Source: Amoebidium appalachense
Taxonomy: Eukaryota; Protista; Ichthyosporea
Reading direction: 5' to 3'
Assembly (NCBI GenBank): GCA_963693365.1
Contig: CAVNZM010000010.1
Coordinates: 310,001 to 374,000, forward strand
DNA length: 64,000 nt
Below, piece by piece: positions 1 to 42,084 of the stretch. Both the position numbers and the translations under genes were made by a program. The notes under the pieces were generated by a model. That model was given only the letters and a program-made list of their open reading frames with translations. It had not been told where the DNA came from and did no database searches. How positions within the stretch are numbered: the first letter of the stretch is position 1; every line of letters begins with the position of its first letter.

Positions 1-105
1 CCGCATGCACACACTCTTAACTGCTAGTGTTACCAGCTCTTGTCTAAATGCCATTCTAAGCCTCCCCAAGTGCTCACCTACACTTACCCCTCCCCCCCCC
101 CCCAA

Positions 106-234
<129 letters not shown>

Positions 235-248
235 GCACACGCACGCCC

Positions 249-279
<31 letters not shown>

Positions 280-350
280 ACAAACACAAACACATGCACT
301 CCCCCCCCCCCCCCCCCCCCCCCCAAAAAAAAACACACACACACACACAG

Positions 351-2938
<2,588 letters not shown>

Positions 2939-3745
2939 ACACCGGCTTGGAGACCCTCTTCAGAATTTGTGTTTTTTTGTTTTGTTTTCTTTTGGTTCAT
3001 TTACTCCAATTGAAAGTGTCACCCGCATGAACAGACTAGTGGATTTATGAAATCTCGGGGTAGGAGTGTTTTGAATTTGCATGAATGGTGCAAAGTGTTC
3101 CACATATATGTCGGCTGTTTTTGTAGGGACCGTTATCATGGGTGACAAGGTGTACAGTAAGTTGAGTGTATGTGCGTGCACATGTTATTTTCACTGCACA
3201 TGCCAGTTTTCTTTATTGATTCTTTATCATAAATGTATGCGTCCGTGGCTAGGAAGATGAGAGACTCGACTGGTGTTTTTTGTTACTCCATTTGTTGTTT
3301 TCAATTTGCCCGAAATGATACAAAGAGGAAATGATACAAAGAGAGAGAGAGAAATTGCCCGAATGTTTTTGTTTTTTTTTGTACAGGTTTCTGTAGGGAG
3401 AGAAACTGCATTCTACGTCTATGAGTAAAGAGTAGCTCTATGCAAAGTTGTTTTATAAATTTTATATTTTATTTTATTTTATATAATCACAAAGGAACTT
3501 CGAAGGGTTTGAAAATGATCATGAATCGGATTTGTACGGGTGCTGTGTGTGATTACAAGTGAATGGATATGTTTCATTGCACCTCAGGCTGTTATATTAT
3601 AAGTTCACAGCAAACATGTATTTCAAATAATATAGGTTTGTCCGGGCTATGAAAAAAGCAGACAAATAAACTGATTAGTTGGTGAAACCAACCCGCATGA
3701 GCATGGGCCATGATCAATATCATGAATGTGTCTGAAGGGGAAGAA

Positions 3746-3790
<45 letters not shown>

Positions 3791-4197
3791 TATGAAGTGT
3801 AGTTTGTAGGCCTAGATGTGGGGTGCAATTGCAAAGAGTCTTGATAAATTGACTTTGCGTACGTGAACATAATAAATATGGCCTCCACTACATATACTCA
3901 CTGGCATATCATCATATTCTCTCCATCCTCCACCCCTCGGCCCTTCCCAGCCCGTATAGGCGTACATACTTGCGCAACGAGCAAAGTCATAATTTTTCAC
4001 CGTGAGGCATGATATGCCAATACGTGTGTATTATGTAGGCCCACGTTGTGCTTTGCGTGACATGTACACATTCCCGGGCCCGTAAAATCTTGCCGGCTGG
4101 GCATGGAAGCGCTATAATATACGCTTACTACACATGCACTGGCACACCCGCACGTGTGAGAACGCACACCGTGCAGGCACATGCACACACCCACACC

Positions 4198-4228
<31 letters not shown>

Positions 4229-4323
4229 GCACACACACACACACACGCACGCGCGCACGCACAAACACACGGGCAGCGTCAATTGTCAAAGTTCACATGT
4301 ACACACCAGATGCTTTAATTAAC

Positions 4324-4620
4324 GGGGTTTGCTACGCTGTTTACTCGAGGCAAATAAAGAGACACCAGTCTCAAGTACTATGGGTCGGGCGGGTAATCAT
4401 ATATGTGCTTGGTATGCTACCTCAGCGTTATTATGTCACATGGTGTTACTCCGAAGTTTGGCAATTGCTTGCTCTATGAAAACCGAGTATTAAATTATAA
4501 AGAAGAAAACGAATATTAATTCATTCCATATATATGTTCCCCGTTTAATTTCTTTTTTCTTTTTCTTTTTGTTTTTTTTGGCGGGCTCTCCCTAGGCCTG
4601 GGTCACTCTGTATCAGCTGG
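4324..4620 (-). repeat. Diverged copy of the non-LTR element 3' terminal region (family B)
   Basis: Shares gggttt..acgctgtttactcgaggcaa..agagacaccagtctc and ..gtatcagctgg(tg)n with 5294-5660 and 61504-61812. Confidence 0.7.
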
Positions 4621-4657
4621 TGTGTGTATTTGTGTGTGTGTGTAGTAGAGAGAGAGG

Positions 4658-4688
<31 letters not shown>

Positions 4689-4737
4689 TGTGTGTGTGTG
4701 TGTGTCACGGTGTGTGTGTGTGTGTGTGTGTGTGTCA

Positions 4738-4777
<40 letters not shown>

Positions 4778-4784
4778 TCGTGTG

Positions 4785-4882
<98 letters not shown>

Positions 4883-5025
4883 CGTGTCACGGTGGGTGGC
4901 CCAGCCATGCATATACATATATACTATATATATATATATATATATATATATCATATCATATATATATACTATAGTATATATAGTACTACATATATATATA
5001 TATCATGATACTATCATGATATATT

Positions 5026-5059
<34 letters not shown>

Positions 5060-5293
5060 TATATATATAGTATATATATATATATATATGTGGGTGCGCG
5101 TGTGAGAGACTCAGTGTGTCACGGTGCACGTGGTTGTACAGTGGGTGGTTGGGTGGGTGCGTGTGTGACCGAGTCTGCAGCTGTGACGTGTGCGCATGTT
5201 AATTAAATCGTGCCGGGGTCATATGTGGAGCCAGCGAGTCGTTCTATGAGATGCTCTCTGTGGATAACACCCATAGACGACAGATAGGCCAGA

Positions 5294-5500
5294 GGGTTTA
5301 CGCTGTTTACTCGAGGCAAAGAGAGACCAGTCTCAGGTATGGGGGGGGTTTTGCTCGGAATATCCCCTCAGCGGTATATCATGATCACGTAAATAGATGT
5401 CGGGTGATGACTATATATCAGGGTTTACTTTCTCTACGGGACACCATAAAGACTAAGAAAAATCAATTAGTTGGGGTTCCCCGTTTTTTTTTTTTTTTTT

Positions 5501-5553
<53 letters not shown>

Positions 5554-5598
5554 CTCCCCTGGGACACTCGGTATCAGCTGGTTGTGTTTGTGTTTGTG

Positions 5599-5651
<53 letters not shown>

Positions 5652-6780
5652 CGCGTGTGCCCCTGCTAGAATTTTGTAATGATGTGTTTCTCAAGCCAAT
5701 CAATACATCTAATAAACAGGTCGTAGTTACGCGTGTGTAGTATAAAATCAAGGATGTTGTGATTTACAGGTAGGCTATCTTTCTGGGTGTCTGTTGTGAA
5801 TGTGACGTGTGTGTGTTGCGGTATTATGTGGTCTATCAAACTACATTTGGCGATACATGACCGTTTAAACTGGTGTGTGTGTGTGTTGTTTGGGCATGCA
5901 AACGATGCCACCTTATACTTATTAGATCTCCACTGTATAGCACGTGTACAGTAAAAGCGTGGTACTTGATCAAAAATACCATCAGCCAGAGAAAGACCAG
6001 TTCTACAGGAAGGTAATATGTATTTAGGTGTTATACATTTGCGAGTGCCATATTTGGCAATATGGTTAAGGCGGTCAATATATATAAAACGAGACATAAG
6101 GCTTAGTTTTTCAAGGTGTCTGCTTTCATCGGGTCTAGTGTCGTGTGGTATCTTTTTCCATTTGTTATATTGCGTGATTATCTTGTGATTGTGTACAGGT
6201 TAACAAGTAAGTGGCAGTCCAAAGTCACACACACACTTTTGCGGGGTTTATTTGTATTTGTGCCCGGGGGAAAAGGAGAGAGAGAGGGAAGGAAAGAGGG
6301 GAGAGGTGAGGAGGGGACAGGTCGGATAGAGAAGAGAGGGTGGGAGGGCAAATACTTCTTTAAGCGGCTTATGTGCTTATTGAATTTCAGCGCGAGATGG
6401 GATACTCTAGCAGCTATTGGGACCAGACCATATATCGAGAGCTTTACAGGCCCAGGTTTACAACAGTTGTTAAATAGAAAGGAGGCAACTTCTGCTTCAA
6501 GGAAATTTGCCAAGGGTTTAAGCGCTCTAGTTCTCTCTTTCTTGATCCAAGCGGCGAGAAGGGGTAAACCATATTCACATGCCGGGAAGACAAAAGTGCG
6601 AATAAATGTAAGTCTAATAGAAGGATGGAGGGGTGAGTCTTTAGAAATATTAGCCGAGAAGAAAGCTAACCGCTTACGGGCCAACTCTACCCTCTTTTCG
6701 ACCATATGGGAAAACATAACACCAACAGAATTAACCGGAACACCAAGATATTTGTATTCTGGAACTATATACGGGTTTAG
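5294..6780 (-). mobile_element. 5'-truncated, disrupted non-LTR (LINE-like) retrotransposon: RT thumb, Cys/His C-terminus and 3' UTR
   Basis: Minus strand near 6775-6178 reads PEYKYLGVPV..RTFVFPACEYG (RT YKYLG motif and thumb). 6097-5666 reads YILPSCR..ADGIF..QWRSN..C..H.FKRSC..C. The frame is broken between the two ORFs. 5294-5660 is nearly identical to 61504-61812. Confidence 0.75.
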
Positions 6781-6969
6781 ATGACAATGTAAATGTGTGT
6801 AAATTTACATTGTCCAGGCCCTGGGCCATCTGCACACCAAACCACAGCTTCTCCCGGTACGTCACAGGCGCACCTGGCCTCCCTGCATGTGTGTGTGTGG
6901 GTGTGTGGGTGTGCGTGTGGGTGTGCGTGGAGGGAGAGGCCGGGGGGGGGGGGGGGGGGGGTTAACACA

Positions 6970-7116
<147 letters not shown>

Positions 7117-7384
7117 CCATGCTGGTGCGTGTACGTGTCCTGCCACGGTCTATATGTGAGCTTCTTTTGCCTTCTCAGGTCTGACTCACGAGCAGACTCA
7201 CGAGCCTCACGACGCGAAAACAAAGATTACGTAATCACGAGCCAGGAACGTTTGCGCAAACCAATCGTGTTCATGATCGATTTTTTGCTTATACGTGCAG
7301 AGTACATAGCACGGTTACAAAGGGTCTGCTGAGCTCTTGAAAAGTACACATCCCTCTCTTGGGCAACCATTTACGATCACAGAC

Positions 7385-17713
<10,329 letters not shown>

Positions 17714-17791
17714 AATGTGCGAGTTATATGGGTTGTTGTTTTTTCCCTTCTTGAGCCTTTTGGGTTCTTGTAGTTATTGTCCTTCCTTTTT

Positions 17792-17854
<63 letters not shown>

Positions 17855-18175
17855 ACACACATTCTTTCTTCGGTTAGAAAACTGAGTGGCTAATCTATGT
17901 CTGTACATTAGTGAGAACACCAACGAATGAATGAGGTACGGATGATATCCGAGATATACAGGACAATATTCAGCAGGAAATACAGGATATTCAGACACCA
18001 GATAATTTTTTGAATTTCATGCTATGCAGTTTCAGGCTGGCAAAGCAAAGACTAAAGAAGCCTTCAGGTAGGCTCATATAAAGTTATTGCTGAAATCTTG
18101 AAATATTTCCAACACTTTGATTCCTTGTTTTTGTTTTGTTCGTTATTTTGTAGCGAAGTTGAAAGAAGGGTCAAA

Positions 18176-18209
<34 letters not shown>

Positions 18210-18349
18210 GGCTGGTGTGCATGTGTGCGTGCGTGTATGTGAAAGGAAGTGAGCGATGGATGTGAATGTGTGTGTGTGGAGGAGCTCTGGGGTGTATGCA
18301 TGTTTTGTATGTGTCTTTGTGTGTTTTAAATATGGAGGGGGGAGGGGAA

Positions 18350-18379
<30 letters not shown>

Positions 18380-18380
<1 letters not shown>

Positions 18381-18505
18381 GAATCCGGAACATAGTACGG
18401 AGTACATATACACGACGAGAAGCGTGGTGCAGGGCACATGCAAAGGCAAACATTCAAGTATGCAACATCAGCCATGCGCACAGTATGCGCCATGGCCATA
18501 AGCAG
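18380..18505 (-). repeat. Dispersed repeat family C
   Basis: The reverse complement matches 47860-47985 (gcatactgtg..catggctgatgttgcatacttgaatgtttgcctttgcatgtg..). Confidence 0.8.
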
Positions 18506-19351
18506 AGCCAATCCTCAGGAAGGGCCCGAGGAGGGGGGGGGGGGGGGATGATGTGCAAACAGGTTGTGCATTCTGTGTCCGTTCATAAGAACTGAAAAAA
18601 GCACTCGAATGGAGGAAATCCGTAGTTTTATTAGACATCCCATTCCATATTGCCTCGCTGGACCCAGGCCGAACAACACGAAAAGCGAAAAAAAAAATCT
18701 CAGAATTTTCAAAAAGAGCTAAATGTTTTTAGGCATATATCCATTCCATGGCAGCCCAATTTCGGTCACAACTTTGACTCGTTGCTAACCCTTAATAATA
18801 TCATCCATATGCGATCGACCCAAATACTACCAATCCATTCAAGATTTGCTTAACGGACAATGCTTGCCTATGACAATTTGCCAATCTAGCAACACCACAA
18901 AACATTCTAGTGGAGTTCGCCCTTGATGGGTTAAATCTGGGATGCAGTTTTTGCCCGTGTTTTTCTATTGTTGCCGGTCGAAAAAAAAACACTATACCGC
19001 CAATTCAAATGCTATTGCATGTCTATATATATCAATATTCAAGGTGAAGCATTCAGTAATAAATTTTGAAAAAACTAACAGCATATATGCATATGTTTGA
19101 AGGATTAATGCAACACATATATTGACCATTAACGATGCTATAATAATGACTCACCAAAATACTGTTGAGTTATGTTCTTATCCCCTCTCCCCCCCTTCCC
19201 CCCCTCCCCCCCCCCCCTCCCCCCCCCCCCCACACACACACCCACACAAACACACACCCACACACGCGCGCTTACACCAAAAAAAGAAAGACACAAAACA
19301 TTGCGTACGCATAACCCTCACATCCCAATCCCCACCCACCCACCGCCAAAC

Positions 19352-34746
<15,395 letters not shown>

Positions 34747-36254
34747 CTTACGGCTACTATAGTTCGACGCCGTTAATTGGTGCTATTTATCTTTTTTCCT
34801 TTATATTATTTTATTATTACCATAAGAAAGACCATAAACATCTAGCAACGGGGGTATGGTTGCATATGCATGGTCACCATGCTAATAGAGCAAATCAGAG
34901 TAACTCACAAGCCACGAACAAGTGCCTAACGTCCATGATGGCCTGCGCGTACAGTTACCCAAGCCTTTCTCTTGCCTATAACTTTATGTATTTTTAGGTA
35001 GTATAAATATTTATGAATCGTTTTCAGTCATGTGTAGTTATCGAAACTAGTTTTGAAAGAAACCCCAGGCCAACGGAAACTCGTTCGTGCAAACCGCGAA
35101 CTGCGCGCGCCGGCGCCGGCCGGCGGCTGTGAAGCGTTTCGCGTCGGGCCAATGAAAATACCTTCTAAAAAAAGAAGGTGTTGTCTCGTATTTCGTAATT
35201 TGTGTAATACTGAAATTATGAGAGGGGCTCATAAAAGCAATGGATGGGAGCCCAAACGAATTCCATGCTTGGGGCTCAAAGAAGTGGTTAATGCATTTAC
35301 CGAGAATCTGAGAACGAATGAATCAGTTGGGAAAAGGTGAAGGCTTGAGCGGTAAGCGGCGGCCCTTGTTCTCGACGCTCAGGAAAGAAGGGAATGTTTT
35401 TGGGTTTATATAATAGGCAGAGAATATAGTTATAAGTATATATATAATATGTTTTTTTTGAATGGCACACGTTCAATCTTCTAATATGTGGTGGAAAAGC
35501 TGGCCGCGCTCCGTGCTCATTTGCCCCATCACCCGGCGGTGCGCGCTGCACCAATTACGACAAGTGCGTTATGCACTGCTCCAGACTGCCAGATGTCGCG
35601 CACGGCGGGGCGTTTCTCAGGCTGTGACACCGACGGTCACACATCTGGCCGAATAGTATAGGGAGAGAATTCCGGATCCAATCAAATGGCTCGAATCCTT
35701 CGAGAGGGAATTCTGGATCCAATCAGCTTATATAACTTTAAATAATCCGATTCCCGCCAGCGTCCAATCAATCGATCAGTCTCCGTGAGACGGCTCTATC
35801 TGATTCGTTTAAATTAGAGCATGGTAATAACTTTTACCTTCAAGTCGGATGCAATTACATTTAGAAAGAAAGAACCAAGCATTCAATAACCGAATTTTTA
35901 TCATTTTTTAAACCACCAAAAACTCTTCATATAATTTGTTGTTTATATTTAGCTGCTTTTGTGCAAGAAATACAAACTATATTACATACACAGATGCCAC
36001 TTATACACCCTAGAACTTTGCGTTGAAATCAATTTTTGTTGCCCTCCTCGCTTCTAACGGCTTGATCGGATTGACCAAAATGGAAAAAGATCGGAATGCA
36101 GTGTTGCCAGGTCTGAGCGTTATCACTATTTTGCCCTGTGCCGTACGTACACAGTACTCGAGCTCACGGAGTGCCGCATGCAACTGTGTGCACACGTGTG
36201 CCACCTGCGCATACACATATGAAGGGGGGAAGGGGCGGGGTGGGCCACTGGCGA

Positions 36255-36286
<32 letters not shown>

Positions 36287-36324
36287 TCATATGGCATGGG
36301 GGGGGGGGGCTTGTGTGTGCGTGG

Positions 36325-36740
36325 TATACATGCATGTACATGTACACATGTACAGAATGCGTATGCGCATGCGCATGGCATGTGTACACGCGCTTCAAGT
36401 TGTGCACGTAGATTTATTAGACGTGAATCATTGTACGTGCAGGCTATGCATGCACATGCTTGAATTGTTTGTAGGTGTGCACGCCTTTTTTAATTTTCAT
36501 AGTTATATAGACATGCATAAATGCACATGGACTGTACATGCACATGCACATGTACATGTACATGTACATGTGCTGACAAGTACATACGTACATGCATATG
36601 CACGTGCACGTGGTGTGTGTGTGCACGTGTAATGCACCTTTGTACATGTGAATATACATATGCATGCACTGTGCATGCCGTGACGGTTGTGCGTATATGT
36701 GTGCGTGTGTGTGTGTGTGCACGTGTACATGCGTGTGTGT
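36325..36740. repeat. Alternating purine-pyrimidine (TGCA/TGTACA) low-complexity tract
   Basis: Runs such as catgcacatgcacatgtacatgtacatg; locally self-complementary. Confidence 0.75.
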
Positions 36741-37691
36741 CAATCGGATCTAGATCTTTCCCCTCCCATGGTCCAATCGATTGCTTTTTCTTTGAATGTG
36801 GTGCAGTTTTAGCCAATTATAATTGATTGAAGCGCATTCAATTGGTCCCCCAAACCATCTTCATGGGCATTGTCATACTTTCGTTGACCACTCCTTACTC
36901 TTTCATAATCATGTGTTTGTCAACAGTTTGTGTAACATAACACTAAAATCGTAAATCAATAGGTCATTTCAATATCTCTTTATATTTCTTTCTAAGCTGA
37001 TAAGTAGGAGATATTAAGCAGGGGAAAACATTCCTTCCTCTCGCATTTCACAATCACCCCCACTTAGGTATTCTTTGGAGATCAAGCCGCTAATAATCCA
37101 ATCTGGGGGAAATATCTTGAACCTCCGTGATTGGTGGATCTAGCTCCATAATGTAAAGTTACACATTTCATTGGCTCAAAATCTTCTTTGATTTTCCCTT
37201 GCTACCATATATGGTAACTACCCTGATTCAACTCGGTGTCAGAAAACCAGCGATCGGCGCTTCTTTCAGACACATCCGTTTTGCATTGTGAAAGAAGAAA
37301 ACGAAAAACGAAACGAAGCGAAGCGAGTTAGAGACAAAGAGGAACGTTAGAGACAAAAAGGAACTTTTAAGACGTACGGTGTGTGTTAGAAAGTGAAAAT
37401 TAAAAGCAATTTAGAGTATTTGGCGGTGTATCTATCTTTTGTACGGCAGCAGAGGTGCACCGCACCTACTTGATCTGCATGACGGACGGTTCGGCAGTGA
37501 CTCGTTTTTCCATCCATCACGTCAAAGTTAGTTTGCTCTAACAATTCAGTTCGCAGCGTAACTGTACAGAAATACTCAGGGAAACATGATAAATAGGTCC
37601 TGTCTTAATTATTGAGAATTTGACGGAGACTACACGCAACTTTTTCGTCCGGCTCTCAGCTCCGTTCTCTTTTCGTTATTCTTTGTCAGCC

Positions 37692-38790
37692 ATGTCGGGG
37701 GTTCTGGGGTTGACACGTGCAGCGTTTCCAGCTGCTTTCGCTGTTTCCAGACAGATAGCTGCGCCAGTTGTGAGTAGAGCAGTGTGGCAGGGATTAAATT
37801 CACAGAAAATACAGAAAAGATACTCGCACGAAGCCGCGGTCCCACAGGAATTGTCCGCGGAGGCACGCTCACACAGACTTCACATCAAGGATGACGACTG
37901 GACAAAGATCGAAGGAAGGGTGCACAGCATTGAGAGCTTTTCAACGATCGATGGCATTGGGATCCGTTTTATGATTTTCCTACAGGGGTGCCCGTTGAGA
38001 TGGCAAGTATTCCCTATATTTCTCCATATTTTGCCTCGGTCTTGTTCGCCTCCCCCCTTCTCCCCTCCTTCCGCCCACCCTCCCCCACGCTCCCCCCTCC
38101 CCTCTCCACTGCAGCGCCCACTTTGGTTACGAAGGTGGAGGTTTTCAGGAGCTTTGGCTCCAAAGGCTTGATATTCTTCTTTCGGCACATTGCCGCATCC
38201 TCACCCCTGTCATTCCTTACTGAGCTGTGCGCTTTTTACTCCCTGCTTGCATATTTGCAGAAATCTTGTCTCGGGTTAAGACTGGTTACCCGCCCCCTCC
38301 AAATTGTGTGTTGTCTGACTTGGATTTCCTTGCGCGATGTCAGTGTTTTAATTCTCAGATGCGAAGGATGACTTGGGTTTCCCTTCACTCCCTCTATTGT
38401 GCGTACTGTGTTGTGTGTGGGTGTGGGCAAGTTTATCCGTTGTGGTTTTATGCCTTACGGTATGCTGCTTTCTAACCCCTCCTTCTGCACCATCCCCACC
38501 ACATCCTTCTTCTTCCTTCTTCTCCGTTAGTGCTCGTAAAGTTAGTGCTCGTAAATGCTTATGTTCTCCCCCCCGTTTTCACAACCGAGATGCAGACAGG
38601 CAGCTGACAGTACCAGCCTTCTCATTACCCACTTAAAGATGGCATTGTTTGTGCTGGTTGAGTCTTCCTTTTTTTTCCATGGGTATGTATAAAGGCTGAC
38701 CATTACACCTCCTTCTTTCCCCCAAACACTCACACTGTCAAACCTCAAGCACGTACTCATAGTTGCCCTTACGGCGACAATGCGCATGCC

Positions 38791-38845
<55 letters not shown>

Positions 38846-38926
38846 GACACTGACACACACACACAACACCACCACGATCCACCCGCTCCACCCCCCCCCC
38901 CCCCCCCCCCCCCCCCGCGCGCGCGT

Positions 38927-39002
<76 letters not shown>

Positions 39003-39436
39003 CCTGTTCTGCTCAAACCCGGACACATGGGAGCAGAACAAAGGAGGGCAAATCATTTCCGCAGGCGACATGGTCGCAAAGCTGAAAAAAATGCGTGCCC
39101 TACCTTAAGGCATCCAAGGGAGGGGTTACCATATCGGGCGGTGAACCACTCCTTCAACCCGAGTTCGTTTCGACCATGTTCAAGCAAGCGAAGGAGTTAG
39201 GGTTGGGAACGGCGATTGACACGACAGGGTTGGGGAGCAAAAAGGCTCTGGACATGGTTTTGCCCTATACGGATATGGCGCTGTGGTGTGTCAAGGAGAT
39301 GACAAGGGAGAAATACCTGCAGGTATGCACGTGCTTGAACGTCTTACTGTGTGTGTCTGTGTCACGTGCTTGTGCTTTTTGTGGAGATTGCTTCTTGCTG
39401 TGTGTGCTGTAAAGTGCCATTACCCTCTGTCCCTCC

Positions 39437-39504
<68 letters not shown>

Positions 39505-39709
39505 CCCCTCCCTTTCTCTCTCTTTCTCTTCTCTCTCTCTCCCTCTCTCTCTCTCCCTCTCCCTCTCCCTCTCCCCTCCCCCTCCCCCCCCCCCCCCCCC
39601 CCCTCTCCTCCCCCCCCCCCCCCCCCCCCCCTCTCCCTCCCCCCCTTCTCGGGAAGAAGATGCACGGAGGTTCTCATTGTATCGGGTGCCACATGCAGTG
39701 ATACAACCG

Positions 39710-39755
<46 letters not shown>

Positions 39756-39912
39756 CCCCCCCAGGTCTCCCCCCCTCTCATGGCTCGGGCTGCCCTCCCT
39801 CCGTATCTCCCTTCCCACCCCCACCCCCCCATTCCCCCACCCTCACCTCCACCGCCACCCCCACCCACCCCTTTCTCTCCCCCTTTCTCCCACCCCCTCT
39901 CCTCCTCTCTCT

Positions 39913-39969
<57 letters not shown>

Positions 39970-40476
39970 CCCCCCCCCCCCCCCCCATCCCCCCTCCTTC
40001 CCTCCTTCTCTCTCTTCTCCCCCCCCCCCCCCCTCCCTCCATGCCCGCTCTTTCGCTCTCTCTCTGTTTCCTCCCCCCCCTCCCCCCGTCTCTCTCTCTC
40101 CCTCTCTCTCCCCCCCCCCCCCCCCCCCGTCCCCCCCCCCCCCCCCCCCCCTTTCATTGCCGCCCCTCTCTCTCTCTTGCACATAAGGGTCATGCATAGT
40201 TCCTCACCCCACTTGAGTTCTTGTCGAACCCCAATCTCACACCGGAGTGGCCTACTTTGTTATCTCTTATGCAAAAGTTGTCTGCGGATGATTCCCCCCG
40301 GCCCCCATCTTTTCCCACCTCCATGTTGTGTGCGCCGTTCGTATTGTTGTATTTGTAGCACTTTCATGTTTTGAAAGCCAGGCATCAACAGTTCCATTTT
40401 GCCTTTTAAGAACATGCACGCTTTAAAATACATGTTTGCCTGCTGAAAGCAAGGTCGCCGAACATACAAAGTGCCG

Positions 40477-40527
<51 letters not shown>

Positions 40528-40680
40528 GCATACATGTGCACACGTCCACAGGCACCCGCAGACATAAACACACAAGTGGGTTTAGCACGGGGCTGTGCAT
40601 CTGTGTGAGTGTTTGATGCCACATGTAGAAATAATGGGATTGGGGGCCATTTGTTTGGGTTGGCGGGTGGTTGCGGGAGT

Positions 40681-40717
<37 letters not shown>

Positions 40718-41414
40718 CGGGGGGCTGTTTTAGATTGTGTTCTTTTTGCCCTCCTTTTCCTTTCACTCTCAAACCCCCCCCCCCCCCCCAAAAAAAAAAA
40801 AAAAAAAAAAAAAAACAAAAAAAAAACCACCACCACCACAACCAACCACACACGCACGCATGCACCCACAAACACACACCCAGCCATATGTGCCACCTCA
40901 CCCCTCTCTATGTCAGTATGTAGGTGTATCCGTGCTTGTGTGTGTAAGCGTGCACGCTCGAGCATCAATAATATCCCAACAAAGACAATCACCTTTCACA
41001 ACTCACAACCCACCAACCAACAAATTTATCACCACCCCATCATTTCTAACCACATGTTTTCACCTTCCACCCTTTTCCACACAGATGACCCAACGAGATT
41101 CCTTCGACAAAAGCCAGGAATTTGCCGCCCACCTCACAAAACATAATGTTGCTATCTCTCTACGCTACGTTCTTATCCCGGGTATCACAGATGACGTTGA
41201 AGATTTGAAACGGGTGGTGGATTTCTGTCACACGAAACTCCCTACGTTGAAATGGATCGAGCTTCTTCCCTATCATACACTCGGTGTGAACAAGTATGAA
41301 GCGCTCGGGGTGAAATATCCACTGGAAAACCAGAGGAGAAATACGCGGGAGGAAATTAAAAAGGCGGTGGAGATATTGAGGGACAACGGGACTATCAAGG
41401 TGTTGTGCAGCTGA
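37692..41414 (+). CDS. pflA: Pyruvate formate-lyase activating enzyme (radical SAM) with a putative mitochondrial presequence; 3 exons, one apparent frameshift
   Basis: Exons 37692-38002, 39003-39322 and 41085-41414. Motifs: [87 protein letters not shown]. The model needs a GC donor at 38003 and removal of one A from 39085-39091. Confidence 0.92.
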
Positions 41415-42049
41415 GAAATTCGGTGGTATACCTACAAGGGTGAGATAGACTGTTTTTTGTGAAATTTTTACATTTAGTATTAGGTGTGTGAACTAGTTCT
41501 AAGCTTCTAGTATCAGGTGTTTGAACTAGTATTAGTCCTACTGGTTTAATTGAGATATGAAATCTATCTCGCTGAGCACAGTTATCTCTTTGTATAAATA
41601 TATATTTTAACACTATCGTGTTTGCACAATTCATGTTTTCAGAACTTCTCATGTGTTTTTCGTCTCCCGTTGTCCGCGCTTTCTTCACAATTCTTAATTC
41701 TATAATATTTCTATTCGTAATTTTTCTGCCTTATAAGATTTTCTAATTTAGCTATTTAGCTAGCATAGAACTTGTGTCTTTTGGGGTATGGGGTGTGTGG
41801 TTGGGTAGGTGGACGAGTGGATGAAGGAAGGGGGGGGGGGGGGGGGGGGGGGGACTATAAAATCCGCCACTGCTATATTGTGGTTAAACTATTTTAAGTT
41901 GCAACGCCTTTAACCGTCTGGACTTACATGTATCTTACTTCACTATATATGGGCGCCGCTTAATGCACCACCAAGCGCCAACCGTGGAAAAAAAAGACCA
42001 TTTCGCTGTTTCAAATGCAAATATAATTTAACGTTGAATTTCAAAGCAG

Positions 42050-42084
<35 letters not shown>

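Noticed and set aside
41862-41872. hAT-like terminal motif (cagtggcggat on the minus strand)
   Set aside because: No matching partner TIR or TSD was found, so no element could be delimited.
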